Shown one piece after another: positions 44,934-54,909 of a stretch of DNA of 64,000 nt. Source of the stretch: Candidatus Acidiferrales bacterium (GTDB lineage Bacteria > Acidobacteriota > Terriglobia > Acidiferrales > UBA7541); the NCBI GenBank assembly GCA_035295105.1, contig DATGJQ010000063.1:3671-67670 (forward strand), in the 5' to 3' direction. Below the pieces are notes generated by a model. That model searched no databases, was not told the DNA's origin, and was given only the letters and a program-made list of their open reading frames with translations. The translations under genes and the position numbers were made by a program. Numbering within the stretch: position 1 is the first letter of the stretch; every line of letters begins with the position of its first letter.

Positions 44934-45779
44934 TTGTCAAATCCTGTTGCCACGCCCCCCGTCATGCTTGACTTGCCGGTGGAAGTCACCGGGGTCGATG
45001 CCTTCGGACAGCAGTTCCTGGAGAGCACGCGGACGCAGTCCGTTCAACGGGATGGAGTTTCTATTCTCCTGAGAATCCAACTGGCACCGAATTCTGAAGT
45101 CATCGTGCGCAACCCGGAAACCGGCGAGGAAGCCATCGCCTCCGTTGCCGCCCAGAAACAGGAAGGCGGCTCCGGAGCTGTCTACGAGCTGGCATTTCTG
45201 AATCCCGAAAGCGATCTGTGGAATATCCATTCACGCTCCGTGACGACCGGCCGGGAGATCCACCTGCAGTGCACGGGGTGCGGTTCCATCTGCACAATAA
45301 GCCTCTCGGACCGGGACATGGAAATGTTTCAGTCCACTCGCGAATTGATCCGCTCCTGCAGCACCTGCAACGCGTCGGGGATCTGGAGAGAGGCCGGGCG
45401 AGATACGCGGCCCGTGAAGCCGAGCGAGCCGGCGCCGCAGCAGCAAGCGAACTCCGATGCCGGGACGGGCGCTCCGCCCAAGGAAGACCGCCGCAAGAAC
45501 CGGCGCACCGCCATGAAAATGGCGGCTTGCATTCGATTTTCCGGAGTCGATCTGGTGGTTGACTGCGAAGACGTTTCCAAGGGCGGCTTTCGATTCAAGT
45601 GCCGCAACCAGTACCCGCAGGGAACGCGCCTCGAAGCTTCGGTTCCCTACCACACCAAATCCAGCACCAATATTTTCACACCGGCCGCGGTCAGCTACTG
45701 CATCAAAATGCCGGACGGCCTGTTCCGCCACGGCGTGACCTACGTGAAAAACGGCGGCTCAGCCGGCTGGGATTCGTAA
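44934..45779 (+). CDS. PilZ-domain protein with central CxxC...CxxC zinc-ribbon-like insert
   Basis: TTG start with AAGGGAGAA 6-7 nt upstream. The C-terminal part carries PilZ motifs (RRKNRR ... DCEDVSKGGFRF). The central region is CTGCGSIC...CSTCNASG. The N-terminal ~90 aa look like a second, degenerate PilZ-type barrel. Confidence 0.65.
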   Translation: MSNPVATPPVMLDLPVEVTGVDAFGQQFLESTRTQSVQRDGVSILLRIQLAPNSEVIVRNPETGEEAIASVAAQKQEGGSGAVYELAFLNPESDLWNIHSRSVTTGREIHLQCTGCGSICTISLSDRDMEMFQSTRELIRSCSTCNASGIWREAGRDTRPVKPSEPAPQQQANSDAGTGAPPKEDRRKNRRTAMKMAACIRFSGVDLVVDCEDVSKGGFRFKCRNQYPQGTRLEASVPYHTKSSTNIFTPAAVSYCIKMPDGLFRHGVTYVKNGGSAGWDS

Positions 45780-45897
45780 GACTTTCCCTAAATCTCTTTT
45801 CCGAAAGCGCATGCGAGTCGCGGGCAGAAGGTGTTGCTCGGGTCGTGTAATTGGAGTACAAGTGTGATCCGTGATCGACCTGGCACGGAGCCTACCA

Positions 45898-47892
45898 ATG
45901 AAAAAGCTAATTTGCGTTTTGGGCGCGGCGTTTGCGCTATTTCTCAGCAGCGCGGCATTCGCTCAGCAGAGCGCGTCCTCCCCAGGCGCTGGCATCACCC
46001 GGCTGGTCATTGCCCGCCGCCAGATCGCCTACGGCGGCGCGTCCTTCGGCAGCGCGGGCCCGTACGAAGTTCTGGCCGGCACGGCCTATGGAGAGCTCGA
46101 TCCGCATGCCCCAGGCAATGCCGGCATCCTCAATCTGAATCGTGCGTCGCTGAACTCCAAAGGGCGCGTCGAGTACAGCGTCGACTTCATGATCCTCAAG
46201 CCGGTGGACCTGAAAAAAGGAAATGGCCGGCTGATTTACGATTTTGTGAATCGCGGCCGCAATACCATCCTGCGGCTCGACGAAAGCGGCGATTCCTTCG
46301 CCGCCGGTGACTCGGGAAATCATTTCCTGATGTCGCGCGGCTACACAGTTGCATGGAGCGGCTGGCAGGCGGACGCGCCCAGCGCACCAGGGTTCCTGCG
46401 AGCGTACGTTCCAGTGGCGATGGATAAGGGCAAGCCGGCCACCGGGACCAACCGCGACGAATTCACCGACGTTCCCGCTGGACCGGTCTTCACTCAAGCG
46501 CTCTCCTATCCCGTGCTTTTGGACTCCACGGGCACGACACTCACGGTTCGCGAACACGAAGCCGATCCGCGCAAGCCGTTGCCGCCGTCGAGTTGGCATT
46601 TCATCGATGAGCGCCACGTGGAAATCGCCGCCGCATCCGGATTCGATCGCGGCGCGATTTATGAACTGATTTATCCGGCGACTAACGAAAGCATTGCTGA
46701 CATCGGACTGGCCGCCTCACGCGATTTCGTTTCGTTCCTGCGCTATGCCGATCAGGATTCCACGGGCCTGGACAACCCGCTGCACGACTCCACGGCGCCT
46801 TTCAAGGCCGCGCTCGCGTTCGGCATCTCGCAGACCGGCCGCGCCATCAACGATTTCCTCTACCAGGGTTTTAATGCCGATACGAGCGGCCGCATGGTCT
46901 TTGACGGCGCCATGCCTCTGCTCTCCTCGACGCGGCGTACCTTCACCAATTTTGAATTCGCGCAGCCCGGCCGTTTCGCGCGCCAGCATGAAGACCACGA
47001 ATACGGCGGCGACCAGTTTCCGTTCTCCTACGCCACCACCAAGGATTCGGTTACCGGAAAAACCGATGGTTTCCTGGTGCAATGCGAAAAATCAAAGACC
47101 TGTCCGCGCATCGTGCATCTCGATTCGGACACCGAGTTCTGGCAGAATCGCGCGTCGCTGGCCGTCACAGACACTAGCGGGCGGCCGCTTACGCTTCCCG
47201 ACAACGTGCGCGTCTACTTATTGTCCGGACAAGAGCACAACGGCGCGGCGAACTGGAACACGCGCGGAAATTGCCAGCAACTGCAGAACGCTCTGAACTA
47301 CAGCGTCTACGCGCGAGCCCTCCTCGTAGCGCTCGATCGCTGGGTAACGGAGAACGTGGCGCCTCCGCCGAGCACGTTTCCGAATCTGAAGAATCACACG
47401 CTCGTGCCCATCGCCAAGCTGCAGGCCTCCTATCCGGCCATTCCCGGCGCGCCCTTCAGCCCGCTCTACAATCCGCTGCAAGTGATCGATCAGAAGAGCA
47501 TGCCGCCCGAAGCGTCCGGGCGCGGCTATCCGCTCTTCTTCCCGTCCGTGGATGCGGATGGAAATCCGCAGGGCGGCATCGTTCTTCCTGAAATTGCGGT
47601 ACCGATCGCGACGTATTCGGGCAGGAATGTTCGCGCCGAAGGATTTGCCGCGGGAGAATTGTGCGGCCTGTCTGGGTCGTTCATCCCCTTCGCCGCGACC
47701 AAACAGGAGCGTATGGCCAGCGGCGATCCGCGCCTGTCGCTTGAGGAGCGCTACAAGAACGCGCAGGATTACTCCGACAAGCGGAAACACGCCGTCGATA
47801 CACTCGTGCAGCAGGGGTTTGTGTTGCCGGAAGACTCCGAGACGCTGGCGCGCAGTATGCCGTTGCCGGGAACGGCGCAGGGCAAGCTGTAG
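45898..47892 (+). CDS. hypothetical secreted protein (possible alpha/beta-hydrolase-like fold)
   Basis: ATG 45898 after GGAG, and signal peptide MKKLICVLGAAFALFLSSAAFAQQ. A 664-aa ORF with even codon usage. The functional assignment is from memory of similar proteins only. Confidence 0.5.
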   Translation: MKKLICVLGAAFALFLSSAAFAQQSASSPGAGITRLVIARRQIAYGGASFGSAGPYEVLAGTAYGELDPHAPGNAGILNLNRASLNSKGRVEYSVDFMILKPVDLKKGNGRLIYDFVNRGRNTILRLDESGDSFAAGDSGNHFLMSRGYTVAWSGWQADAPSAPGFLRAYVPVAMDKGKPATGTNRDEFTDVPAGPVFTQALSYPVLLDSTGTTLTVREHEADPRKPLPPSSWHFIDERHVEIAAASGFDRGAIYELIYPATNESIADIGLAASRDFVSFLRYADQDSTGLDNPLHDSTAPFKAALAFGISQTGRAINDFLYQGFNADTSGRMVFDGAMPLLSSTRRTFTNFEFAQPGRFARQHEDHEYGGDQFPFSYATTKDSVTGKTDGFLVQCEKSKTCPRIVHLDSDTEFWQNRASLAVTDTSGRPLTLPDNVRVYLLSGQEHNGAANWNTRGNCQQLQNALNYSVYARALLVALDRWVTENVAPPPSTFPNLKNHTLVPIAKLQASYPAIPGAPFSPLYNPLQVIDQKSMPPEASGRGYPLFFPSVDADGNPQGGIVLPEIAVPIATYSGRNVRAEGFAAGELCGLSGSFIPFAATKQERMASGDPRLSLEERYKNAQDYSDKRKHAVDTLVQQGFVLPEDSETLARSMPLPGTAQGKL

Positions 47893-47954
47893 ATTTCAAT
47901 CGCGCGCACGATTGGATTGCACCAAGTCCAGCGAGCCTCGACCCTCACCTTCAG

Positions 47955-47990
47955 CCTACAAAACCGCACAGCCAGGAGCGGCGGTGCTAC
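47955..47990. repeat. degenerate REP-like element
   Basis: CTACAAAACCGCACAGCCAGGAGCGGCGGTGCTAC. The terminal GCTAC contains the TAG stop of the DUF2252 gene. Confidence 0.5.
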
Positions 47991-49063
47991 TGCCTCCACT
48001 CCCGCCAATCGCGCTCGGTCGCGCGCAGCATCGCTTTCGCAGCCTTGTGCAGCCAGTTGCCACGGCGTTTCGCCAGGTTCCGGCGGACGGCGGGAATCGC
48101 GCGCGGCGTGCCGAAATGGATGTTGGCCGTTTCCCATCCCATGGAATACAGCAAGCGCTCCTCATCGTGGCTCGCGGGGAGCGAATCAAGTTCGATGCGC
48201 GAGCAATCCGGCGCCAGACGGCGCAGCAGCCAGTCGCGGTACGGATGCACGAACGGATCGGGCACTCGAACGGCATCATCCAGAATTTTTCCGTAGCGGG
48301 TTCGTTGGCCTTTCGCGCTTTGGCCCCGCGCCCACACGCACGCTGAAGGCGTCAATTCCTTCGCTTCCCGCGCCAGATAGCATCCATGCCATTGCCCGAG
48401 GAGCACCACTCTCCGGTGCCCCAGGCTGCCCAAGCCGGCCAGCCGTTCCTTCTTTTCGCACGGCAAGGAATGATCGGGGAGCAGTTTGCGAAGTTGCGAC
48501 TCCACATCTCGCGGCAGCCGCACCGGAGATCTCGGAAGCCGTTCCAATTTTCGCCAGAACAACGTGGCATCGCGCAGGCGGTTCAGCGCGATCTTCCGCA
48601 GCCAGCGATGATTCTCGGCCAGCACATAGGGCCGCCCGCCTTCTTTCAACGAATCGCGGTAACCCTCCAGAATCGCGTCGCTCGCGTCCCGCGGCCGGAT
48701 GTTCAGCCGCTCTTCCGCCGCTGCCACATGCGCGCTCGTAACCAGTCGCACCAGGTCGATGCTGTAGGGCATCCGGTAAACTTCATCGAAATCGTTGATG
48801 CCCCACACCAGCCGCCCTTCCACGTCGCGCCAGGTTCCAAAATTCTCAAGGTGCAGATCGCCGACGGCCAACAGTGCCGGAGCCGCGGCGGCGTCCGCGG
48901 CAACTTCGCGCCAGATCTGCGCCCAGCGGTAAAAAGTCGAGCGCAGGAACGGGAACAATCCCAGCGTCATCTGCTTGTGTTTGAACGAGAGCGCGCGGCG
49001 ATCCAGCGGAATGCAGGACGCCACCCATTTTTCGTAGCTGGAGGTGGCCTGATGAATGTTCAT
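47987..49063 (-). CDS. DUF2252-family protein
   Basis: VGDLHLENFGTWRDVEGRLVWGINDFDE is characteristic of DUF2252 proteins. Confidence 0.7.
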   Translation of the reverse strand: MNIHQATSSYEKWVASCIPLDRRALSFKHKQMTLGLFPFLRSTFYRWAQIWREVAADAAAAPALLAVGDLHLENFGTWRDVEGRLVWGINDFDEVYRMPYSIDLVRLVTSAHVAAAEERLNIRPRDASDAILEGYRDSLKEGGRPYVLAENHRWLRKIALNRLRDATLFWRKLERLPRSPVRLPRDVESQLRKLLPDHSLPCEKKERLAGLGSLGHRRVVLLGQWHGCYLAREAKELTPSACVWARGQSAKGQRTRYGKILDDAVRVPDPFVHPYRDWLLRRLAPDCSRIELDSLPASHDEERLLYSMGWETANIHFGTPRAIPAVRRNLAKRRGNWLHKAAKAMLRATERDWREWRQ

Positions 49064-49136
49064 GTTCGTGAAGACGCCGCGCGAAGTTCAAGCGCCGCAA
49101 ATCCGGCTACGTTGGCCATTCGGAACAAATGCGCAG

Positions 49137-49925
49137 CTATTTCGCCGGCTGCATCTTTGCAGCCTTATACGCCGCTTGTGCCTCGGGTGAGGACAGATAC
49201 TCAAGCAGCGCCTTGGCCGCTTTGGGATTTTTCGCGTGCGCGGAAACGAATCCTACCAGCGGCGTCCATGGCGCGACGTCCTGCGGGAGCACTCCAACAA
49301 TATCGACTCCCGGATCATCGATCTCGCTCACGAAAGTCATGGCGATTTCCGCTTCGCCTTTGGCGACCATGGCACCGAGGATCATGCCGCCGCCCGCTCC
49401 GCCCGGCAGCGACCCGTGCGGCCGCTTCAATTTTGGTTCCACCTGGTCATCGATCCCCAGTTTCTTCAACATCGCATTGATGGTCACGCCGGCAGCGGCT
49501 CCGGCCGCGGCGTCGGGGCACACAATGGATTTCGCGGAGAGCAGCATTTTCTTGACGGCTTCGGCGTTCGAGATATCCGGCCTGGGTGCTCCCTTTTTCA
49601 CGGCGATGCCAACGGCCACCGAAGCAAGCGGCGTCGCGGTGCTCTCGATCACGTTGCCCGAAGCGATCACTTCCGGAAGCGGCGGCTGCACGATGGGCAC
49701 ATCGAATACGTCGCCCTGGATGACCTGTTTCTTGGTGCCTCCGCCGGAGCCAAACGTCGGGTTCACCTTGTAGCCCGTTTTTTTCTCGAAGCCGGGAATC
49801 AATTTCTCGATGGGCGTTCGTATTCCGCCCGGCGCAATCAGCGTGACTTCGCCCTGCGCAAGCGCTGCGTCGGAAACGCTCAACGACACTGTCAACGCGA
49901 GAATAGACAAAAAAATTCGTCTCAT
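49137..49925 (-). CDS. periplasmic substrate-binding protein (ModA-like PBP2 fold), orphan
   Basis: ATG 49925 has GGAG 9 nt upstream, followed by a signal peptide (MRRIFLSILALTVSLSVSDAALAQ). The layout GEVTLIAPGGIRTPIEKLIPGFEKKTGYKVN...SGGG resembles molybdate/anion-binding proteins. No permease or ATPase gene is adjacent. Confidence 0.6.
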   Translation of the reverse strand: MRRIFLSILALTVSLSVSDAALAQGEVTLIAPGGIRTPIEKLIPGFEKKTGYKVNPTFGSGGGTKKQVIQGDVFDVPIVQPPLPEVIASGNVIESTATPLASVAVGIAVKKGAPRPDISNAEAVKKMLLSAKSIVCPDAAAGAAAGVTINAMLKKLGIDDQVEPKLKRPHGSLPGGAGGGMILGAMVAKGEAEIAMTFVSEIDDPGVDIVGVLPQDVAPWTPLVGFVSAHAKNPKAAKALLEYLSSPEAQAAYKAAKMQPAK

Positions 49926-50015
49926 GGCTCGACTCTCCAATTTTTATCAGGCATTCAATTTCAGAAATCGCAGGCGGGATTGTTGCACTATTTAACGAGA
50001 TGCACAATAACTTGC

Positions 50016-50089
50016 AAGCGTATGAGTGGCGCACGCTTCAGCTTGCGGTTTTTCTTTCATTTCTGCACAGGAAACTTCGCAAGCTAAAG
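50016..50089. repeat. REPIN-like inverted doublet, family C
   Basis: GTGGCGCACGCTTCAGCTTGCG ... CGCAAGCTAAAGCATGCGCCAC. Confidence 0.85.
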
Positions 50090-50106
50090 CATGCGCCACA
50101 AAATTC

Positions 50107-51573
50107 TCAAATCGGATAATGCGTGGGCGAGCGCCGGATGGTGATCCAGCGCAACTCACTGAATTCCTCGAGCGCGGCTTTTCCGCCGAACCGACCCCAG
50201 CCGCTGTCTTTTTCCCCACCAAACGGCATCTGTGGCTCGTCGTGAACCGTCGCGCCGTTGATGTGGCAGATTCCGAACTCCAGCCGCTCCGCGATGCGCA
50301 GCGCTTTGCTGATGTCGCGGCTGAAGACGGCGCTGGCAAGTCCGTAGGGAGTATCGTTGGCGATGCGCGTGGCGTCGTCGGCATCATTGGCCAGAACGAT
50401 CGACACCACCGGACCGAACGATTCTTCTCCATACACGCGCATCGCCAGTGTGACGCCGAAGAGAACCGTCGGATAGTACGACGGCCCGTCCGATTTTCCG
50501 CCGCACAAAACCCTGGCGCCCTTGGCCACGGCGTCGTCCACCAGCGCCTGCACCCGTTCGACCGCACCGGGATTAATCAGGCATCCGATTTGCGTTTGCG
50601 GCTGCATCGGATCGCCCAGCGCCAGCGACTTGGCCTTATCCGCCAGGCGCCGCGAAAATTCGTCCGCGATCGGCCTTTCCGCCACGATGCGTTCCGTGGA
50701 CATGCAGATCTGCCCCTGGTTCATGAACGCCCCAAAATTGGCGGCGGAAACAGCGTCGTCGATCTCCGCATCCGCCAGCACAATCAGCGGGGCCTTGCCG
50801 CCGAGCTCCAGCACCGTGCGCTTCAGGTGCCGTCCGGCGTTTTCCGCGATCAGCCGGCCGATCTTTGTCGAGCCCGTAAAACTGATGCGCCGCGTCCGCG
50901 GGTTGGCGATGAGTTCATCCACCACTTCGGCGGCATCCGCTGGCGCGTTGGTGATTACATTGATCACGCCGTCGGGAAATCCCGCCTCCTCGAATATCGA
51001 CGCGATCGCCAGATGCGTGCTCGGCGACTCTTCCGACGCCTTGAACACCACCGTGTTCCCGTATGCAATAGGTATCGCCACGGCGCGCCCGCCGAGAATC
51101 ATCGGCGCGTTCCACGGCGCTATGCCTACCACCACGCCGACGGGCTGGCGCACCGCCATCGCCGTGGTGTCCGGCAAATCGGTGGGAATCACTTCACCGA
51201 TCAGGCCGTAGGTCTGGGCGGCCGCTTCGCGCAATATTCCCACAGTGAAAATACAATTAAACATTCCCCAGCCGAACGTCTGCCCGGTTTCTTCGGCGGT
51301 TATCTTGGCGATTTCCGGCATGCGTCGCTCCAAGATGTCGGCGGCTTTCAAAAATAATCCCCGCCGCAGTCCCGGCGCCGTCGAACTCCACGCCGGAAAC
51401 GCGCCGGACGCGGCGTCAATCGCCCGTCGCGCATCCTCGCGCTTCCCGGCGGCGACCGATGAGGCCACGCGGCCCGTATACGGATTCTTCTTCTGGTACG
51501 TTCCGCCATCCGCGGAATCCGTCCAGCGGCCGTTAATAAAAAGCTTTTCACTGCGAGTCGTGAGGGTTTCCAA
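50107..51573 (-). CDS. NAD(P)-dependent aldehyde dehydrogenase
   Basis: LFINGRW, FTGSTKIGRLI, ELGGKAP and the catalytic Cys in NQGQICMS. TTG 51573 has GGGAGG 5 nt upstream and gives a typical 488-aa length. The track's ATG 51717 adds 48 non-conserved residues. Confidence 0.88.
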   Translation of the reverse strand: METLTTRSEKLFINGRWTDSADGGTYQKKNPYTGRVASSVAAGKREDARRAIDAASGAFPAWSSTAPGLRRGLFLKAADILERRMPEIAKITAEETGQTFGWGMFNCIFTVGILREAAAQTYGLIGEVIPTDLPDTTAMAVRQPVGVVVGIAPWNAPMILGGRAVAIPIAYGNTVVFKASEESPSTHLAIASIFEEAGFPDGVINVITNAPADAAEVVDELIANPRTRRISFTGSTKIGRLIAENAGRHLKRTVLELGGKAPLIVLADAEIDDAVSAANFGAFMNQGQICMSTERIVAERPIADEFSRRLADKAKSLALGDPMQPQTQIGCLINPGAVERVQALVDDAVAKGARVLCGGKSDGPSYYPTVLFGVTLAMRVYGEESFGPVVSIVLANDADDATRIANDTPYGLASAVFSRDISKALRIAERLEFGICHINGATVHDEPQMPFGGEKDSGWGRFGGKAALEEFSELRWITIRRSPTHYPI

Positions 51574-51792
51574 GGGAACCTCCCAGCCTTCCGGATTCTC
51601 GCGCAGGATCCGGCAAATCGCCCAAGGCGCAGGCCGCGCCCCGTGCCATTCGTTCCGAGCGAGCGTTGAGCGGAAATATACACCCGCGTGCGCGCTGGGT
51701 CTGAAGAAATTCTGCATGCCGCCATGGGTCAGGGCGGATCAAGAGGTGGGTCAAGAGGTAGATCACAGAGGGTAAGCGCATGAAAGACCGGC

Positions 51793-51897
51793 AGCCATCT
51801 CATAGCCGGGCAGCTTCCGAACCTGATTATCCGTCAGCGGCTAAAGCCGCTCTTGCTGAACCTTTTTGCGCCGCGGCTGAAGCCGCAACCCACAAAT
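51793..51897. repeat. composite hairpin element (family J)
   Basis: AGCCATCTCAT ... CAGCGGCTAAAGCCGCTCTTGCTGAAC...GCCGCGGCTGAAGCCGCAACCCACAAAT is collinear with 2618-2716. Confidence 0.75.
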
Positions 51898-52034
51898 CAC
51901 GTTGCTGAATCTCGTTGCCGGATATGTTAGATCACTCTAAAAAGCCTCCGCCGCGCACGTCTGGCGAACCATCCGCCGCGCCGCCGGAATATGGTAAGTT
52001 AATTACGCAAAATCCCAACAACCGGAGAGCACAA

Positions 52035-52997
52035 ATGAAGGTTGGAGTAGCGGGACAAGGCGCGTTCGGCCAGAAGCATCTCGAGGGAATCGCCAAAATT
52101 CCGGGCATCGAAGTCATCACACTGACGGGCGGCAACCAGGCCGCCACCGAAGAAGTCGCCAAAAAATTCAACATTCCTCACTGGACCGGCGATCTCGCCG
52201 AGAGCCTGAAGCAGCCCGGCCTCGAGGCCATGATCCTCGCCACTCCCACGCAGATGCACGCCAAGCAGGGCGAGCAGTGCATGCGCGCCGGCAAGCACGT
52301 GCAGATCGAAATTCCCATCGCCGATACCCTCGCCGATTCCGCGCGCCTGGTGAAAGTGCAGCAGGAAACTAAGGTCGTCTGCATGGGCGGGCACACTCGC
52401 CGCTTCAATCCCAGCCACCAGTACGTGCACAAGAAAATCCAGGCCGGCGAGCTGAAAATTCAGCAGATGAACGTGCAAACCTACTTCTTCCGCCGCACCA
52501 ACATGAACGCCGCTGGAAAGCCGCGCAGTTGGACGGATCACCTGCTCTGGCATCACGCCTGCCACACCGTCGATCTCTTTCAGTACCAAACGGGCCAGTA
52601 CGTTTCCGAATGTTACGCTGTGCAGGGCCCCATTCATCCCGAGCTGAAAATCGCCATGGATATGGGCATCGTGCTGAAAGTGCCGTCCGGCGCAATCTGC
52701 ACGCTCTCGCTTTCGTTCAACAACAAGGGCCCGCTGGGCACATTTTTCCGCTACATCTGCGACAACGGCACGTACATCGCGCGCTATGACGATCTGCTGG
52801 ACGGCGACGAAAACAAGATCGACGTATCCAAAGTGGATGTCTCGATGAACGGCATCGAGCTGCAGGACCGCGAATTCTTCGCCGCCATCCGCGAAAAACG
52901 CGAACCCAACGCCAGCGTAGCCCAGTGCCTCGCCGCCATGGACGTTCTCGACCGCCTCGAGCATTTCCTGAATTCAGCGTCCAAAGCGATCGCGTAG
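52035..52997 (+). CDS. Gfo/Idh/MocA-family NAD(P)-dependent oxidoreductase
   Basis: ATG 52035 after GGAGAG. The Rossmann N-terminus is MKVGVAGQGAFGQKHLEGI, then MILATPTQMHAKQGEQCMRAGKHVQIEIP. The upstream part of the track ORF runs into repeats. Confidence 0.8.
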   Translation: MKVGVAGQGAFGQKHLEGIAKIPGIEVITLTGGNQAATEEVAKKFNIPHWTGDLAESLKQPGLEAMILATPTQMHAKQGEQCMRAGKHVQIEIPIADTLADSARLVKVQQETKVVCMGGHTRRFNPSHQYVHKKIQAGELKIQQMNVQTYFFRRTNMNAAGKPRSWTDHLLWHHACHTVDLFQYQTGQYVSECYAVQGPIHPELKIAMDMGIVLKVPSGAICTLSLSFNNKGPLGTFFRYICDNGTYIARYDDLLDGDENKIDVSKVDVSMNGIELQDREFFAAIREKREPNASVAQCLAAMDVLDRLEHFLNSASKAIA

Positions 52998-53036
52998 CAC
53001 AGGGTTTCCGTCGTAGCACAGACTTCACAGGCCGCG
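52994..53036. repeat. two tandem degenerate REP heads (GTAGCACAG...)
   Basis: GTAGCACAGGGTTTCCGTCGTAGCACAGACTTCACAGGCCGCGG. The first GTAG contains the TAG stop of the oxidoreductase gene. Confidence 0.5.
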
Positions 53037-53054
53037 GAAAAATGTCCAGTTTTG

Positions 53055-53139
53055 GCATTCTGAGCGAAGCGAAGAATCTCTCTTCGATTTAAGTGTAGTG
53101 AACAAACCAAGAGGGATTCTTCGCTTCGCTCAGAATGAC
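53055..53139. repeat. inverted doublet of family H element
   Basis: GCATTCTGAGCGAAGCGAAGAATCTCTCTTCGATTTAAGTG ... GGGATTCTTCGCTTCGCTCAGAATGAC. Confidence 0.85.
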
Positions 53140-53312
53140 TCTTTCCAGCGGGCCCCGGCAGCCGACTTTGCGAGATATTCCTGCCTGCCGCGCAAGCCCA
53201 CAGTTCGGAAGTGGAAGGCCAGTTGCCAAAGTTTGTGCTACTTTAAATGTTATTCAAATCACGCAGGGACATCGACCAGCACTTCACCGATGGGGCCTGA
53301 AAAAGGAAAGCC

Positions 53313-54806
53313 ATGAGCACCGGAGCGACCGCAACCAACACCAAAGTCCTGAACTACATCAACGGCAGCTGGCTGGAATCGAAATCCAAAGAATGGCGCG
53401 ACGTCATCAATCCCGCGTCCGGCGAAGCCATCGCGCAAACGCCGCTCTCCACCGCCGCGGAAGTGGACGCCGCCGTGGAATCCGCCGCCACCGCCTTCCG
53501 CGAATGGCGCCGCACGCCCGCCGAAGACCGCATCCAGCCGCTCTTCAAGCTGAAGATGCTGCTCGAAGATCATCTCGACGAACTGGGCCGCATCATCGCC
53601 CAGGAAAACGGCAAGACCTTCGCCGAAGCCAAAGCCGAACTCCGCCGCGCCATCGAAAACGTGGAAGTCGCCTGCGGCATGCCCACCATGATGCAGGGCT
53701 ACAACCTCGAAGACGTGGCCCGCGGCATCGACGAAATGATGATTCGCCAGCCGCTGGGAGTGGTCGCCGCGATCACGCCGTTCAATTTCCCTGGCATGAT
53801 TCCCTTCTGGTTTCTTCCCTACGCCATCGCCACGGGCAACACCTTTGTACTGAAGCCGTCCGAGCGCGTGCCGCTCACCATGATGCGCGTCTTCGAGTTG
53901 CTCGAGCAGATCGGCCTGCCCAAAGGCGTCGTCAGCCTGGTGAACGGCGGCAAAGAAGTGGTCGACGCGATCCTCGACCATCCGAAGGTCCGCGCCGTGA
54001 GTTTCGTAGGCTCGACGCCGATTGCAAAATATGTTTACGCCCGCGCCGCAGCCAATGGAAAGCGCGCGCAGTGCCAGGGCGGCGCGAAAAACCACGTCAT
54101 CGTACTGCCCGACGCCGAAATGAAAATGGCCACGCAGATCATCAGTGACAGCGCGTTCGGCTGCGCCGGACAGCGCTGCCTCGCCGTGTCTGTAGCCGTC
54201 ACCATCGGAGAAGCGCAAAAGACTTTCCGCGATTCCATCGCCGAAGCCGCCGCGGCTTTGCGCGTGGGCGACGGCCTCGAAGAAGGCGTGCAGATGGGCC
54301 CGGTGATCACGGCGCAAAGCAAATCCCGCATCGAATCGCTGATCGCCACCGGCGAAAAACAAGGCGCGAAAGTCTTGGTCGACGGCCGCAATCCGAGAAT
54401 TGCCAAACACGAAAATGGAAATTTCGTGAAGCCGACAATTTTGGACGGCGTCCCCGCCACCAGCGAACTGACCGACACCGAAATCTTCGGCCCGGTTCTC
54501 AGCCTGATCCACGCCCGCGACATGGATGAAGCCATCGCCTTCCTCGAACGCAGCCCGTTCGGCAACCAGGCTTCCCTGTTCACCTCCAGCGGAGCCGCCG
54601 CCCGCCGCTTCCGCTACGAAGCTCCCGCCGGAAACATCGGCATCAACATCGGCGTAGCCGCTCCCATGGCCTATTTCCCCTTCACCGGCTGGAAAGGCAG
54701 CTTCTTCGGAGACATGCACGCGCAAGGGCGGGATGCCATCGAGTTTTACACGGATAAGAAGGTAGTCATCGAACGCTGGAGCGAACAGCACTCGCGGAAA
54801 TTCTAG
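53313..54806 (+). CDS. mmsA: CoA-acylating methylmalonate-semialdehyde dehydrogenase
   Basis: [45 protein letters not shown] and the C-terminal [22 protein letters not shown] are characteristic of MmsA/IolA. Confidence 0.92.
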   Translation: MSTGATATNTKVLNYINGSWLESKSKEWRDVINPASGEAIAQTPLSTAAEVDAAVESAATAFREWRRTPAEDRIQPLFKLKMLLEDHLDELGRIIAQENGKTFAEAKAELRRAIENVEVACGMPTMMQGYNLEDVARGIDEMMIRQPLGVVAAITPFNFPGMIPFWFLPYAIATGNTFVLKPSERVPLTMMRVFELLEQIGLPKGVVSLVNGGKEVVDAILDHPKVRAVSFVGSTPIAKYVYARAAANGKRAQCQGGAKNHVIVLPDAEMKMATQIISDSAFGCAGQRCLAVSVAVTIGEAQKTFRDSIAEAAAALRVGDGLEEGVQMGPVITAQSKSRIESLIATGEKQGAKVLVDGRNPRIAKHENGNFVKPTILDGVPATSELTDTEIFGPVLSLIHARDMDEAIAFLERSPFGNQASLFTSSGAAARRFRYEAPAGNIGINIGVAAPMAYFPFTGWKGSFFGDMHAQGRDAIEFYTDKKVVIERWSEQHSRKF

Positions 54807-54813
54807 CAGTCTC

Positions 54814-54893
54814 GTGGCGCATGCTTTAGCTTGCGACGATTCGTTATTGTAGAAAAACCAAAAAGCCGTTACGCAAGCTAAAGCATGCGCCAC
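54814..54893. repeat. REPIN-like inverted doublet, family C (left flank of TA cassette)
   Basis: An 80-nt element, GTGGCGCATGCTTTAGCTTGCGACGATTCGTTATTGTAGAAAAACCAAAAAGCCGTTACGCAAGCTAAAGCATGCGCCAC. By hand alignment, 75 of 80 positions are identical to 55566-55645, in the same orientation. Confidence 0.92.
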
Positions 54894-54909
54894 AACTTTT
54901 TACTTGATG

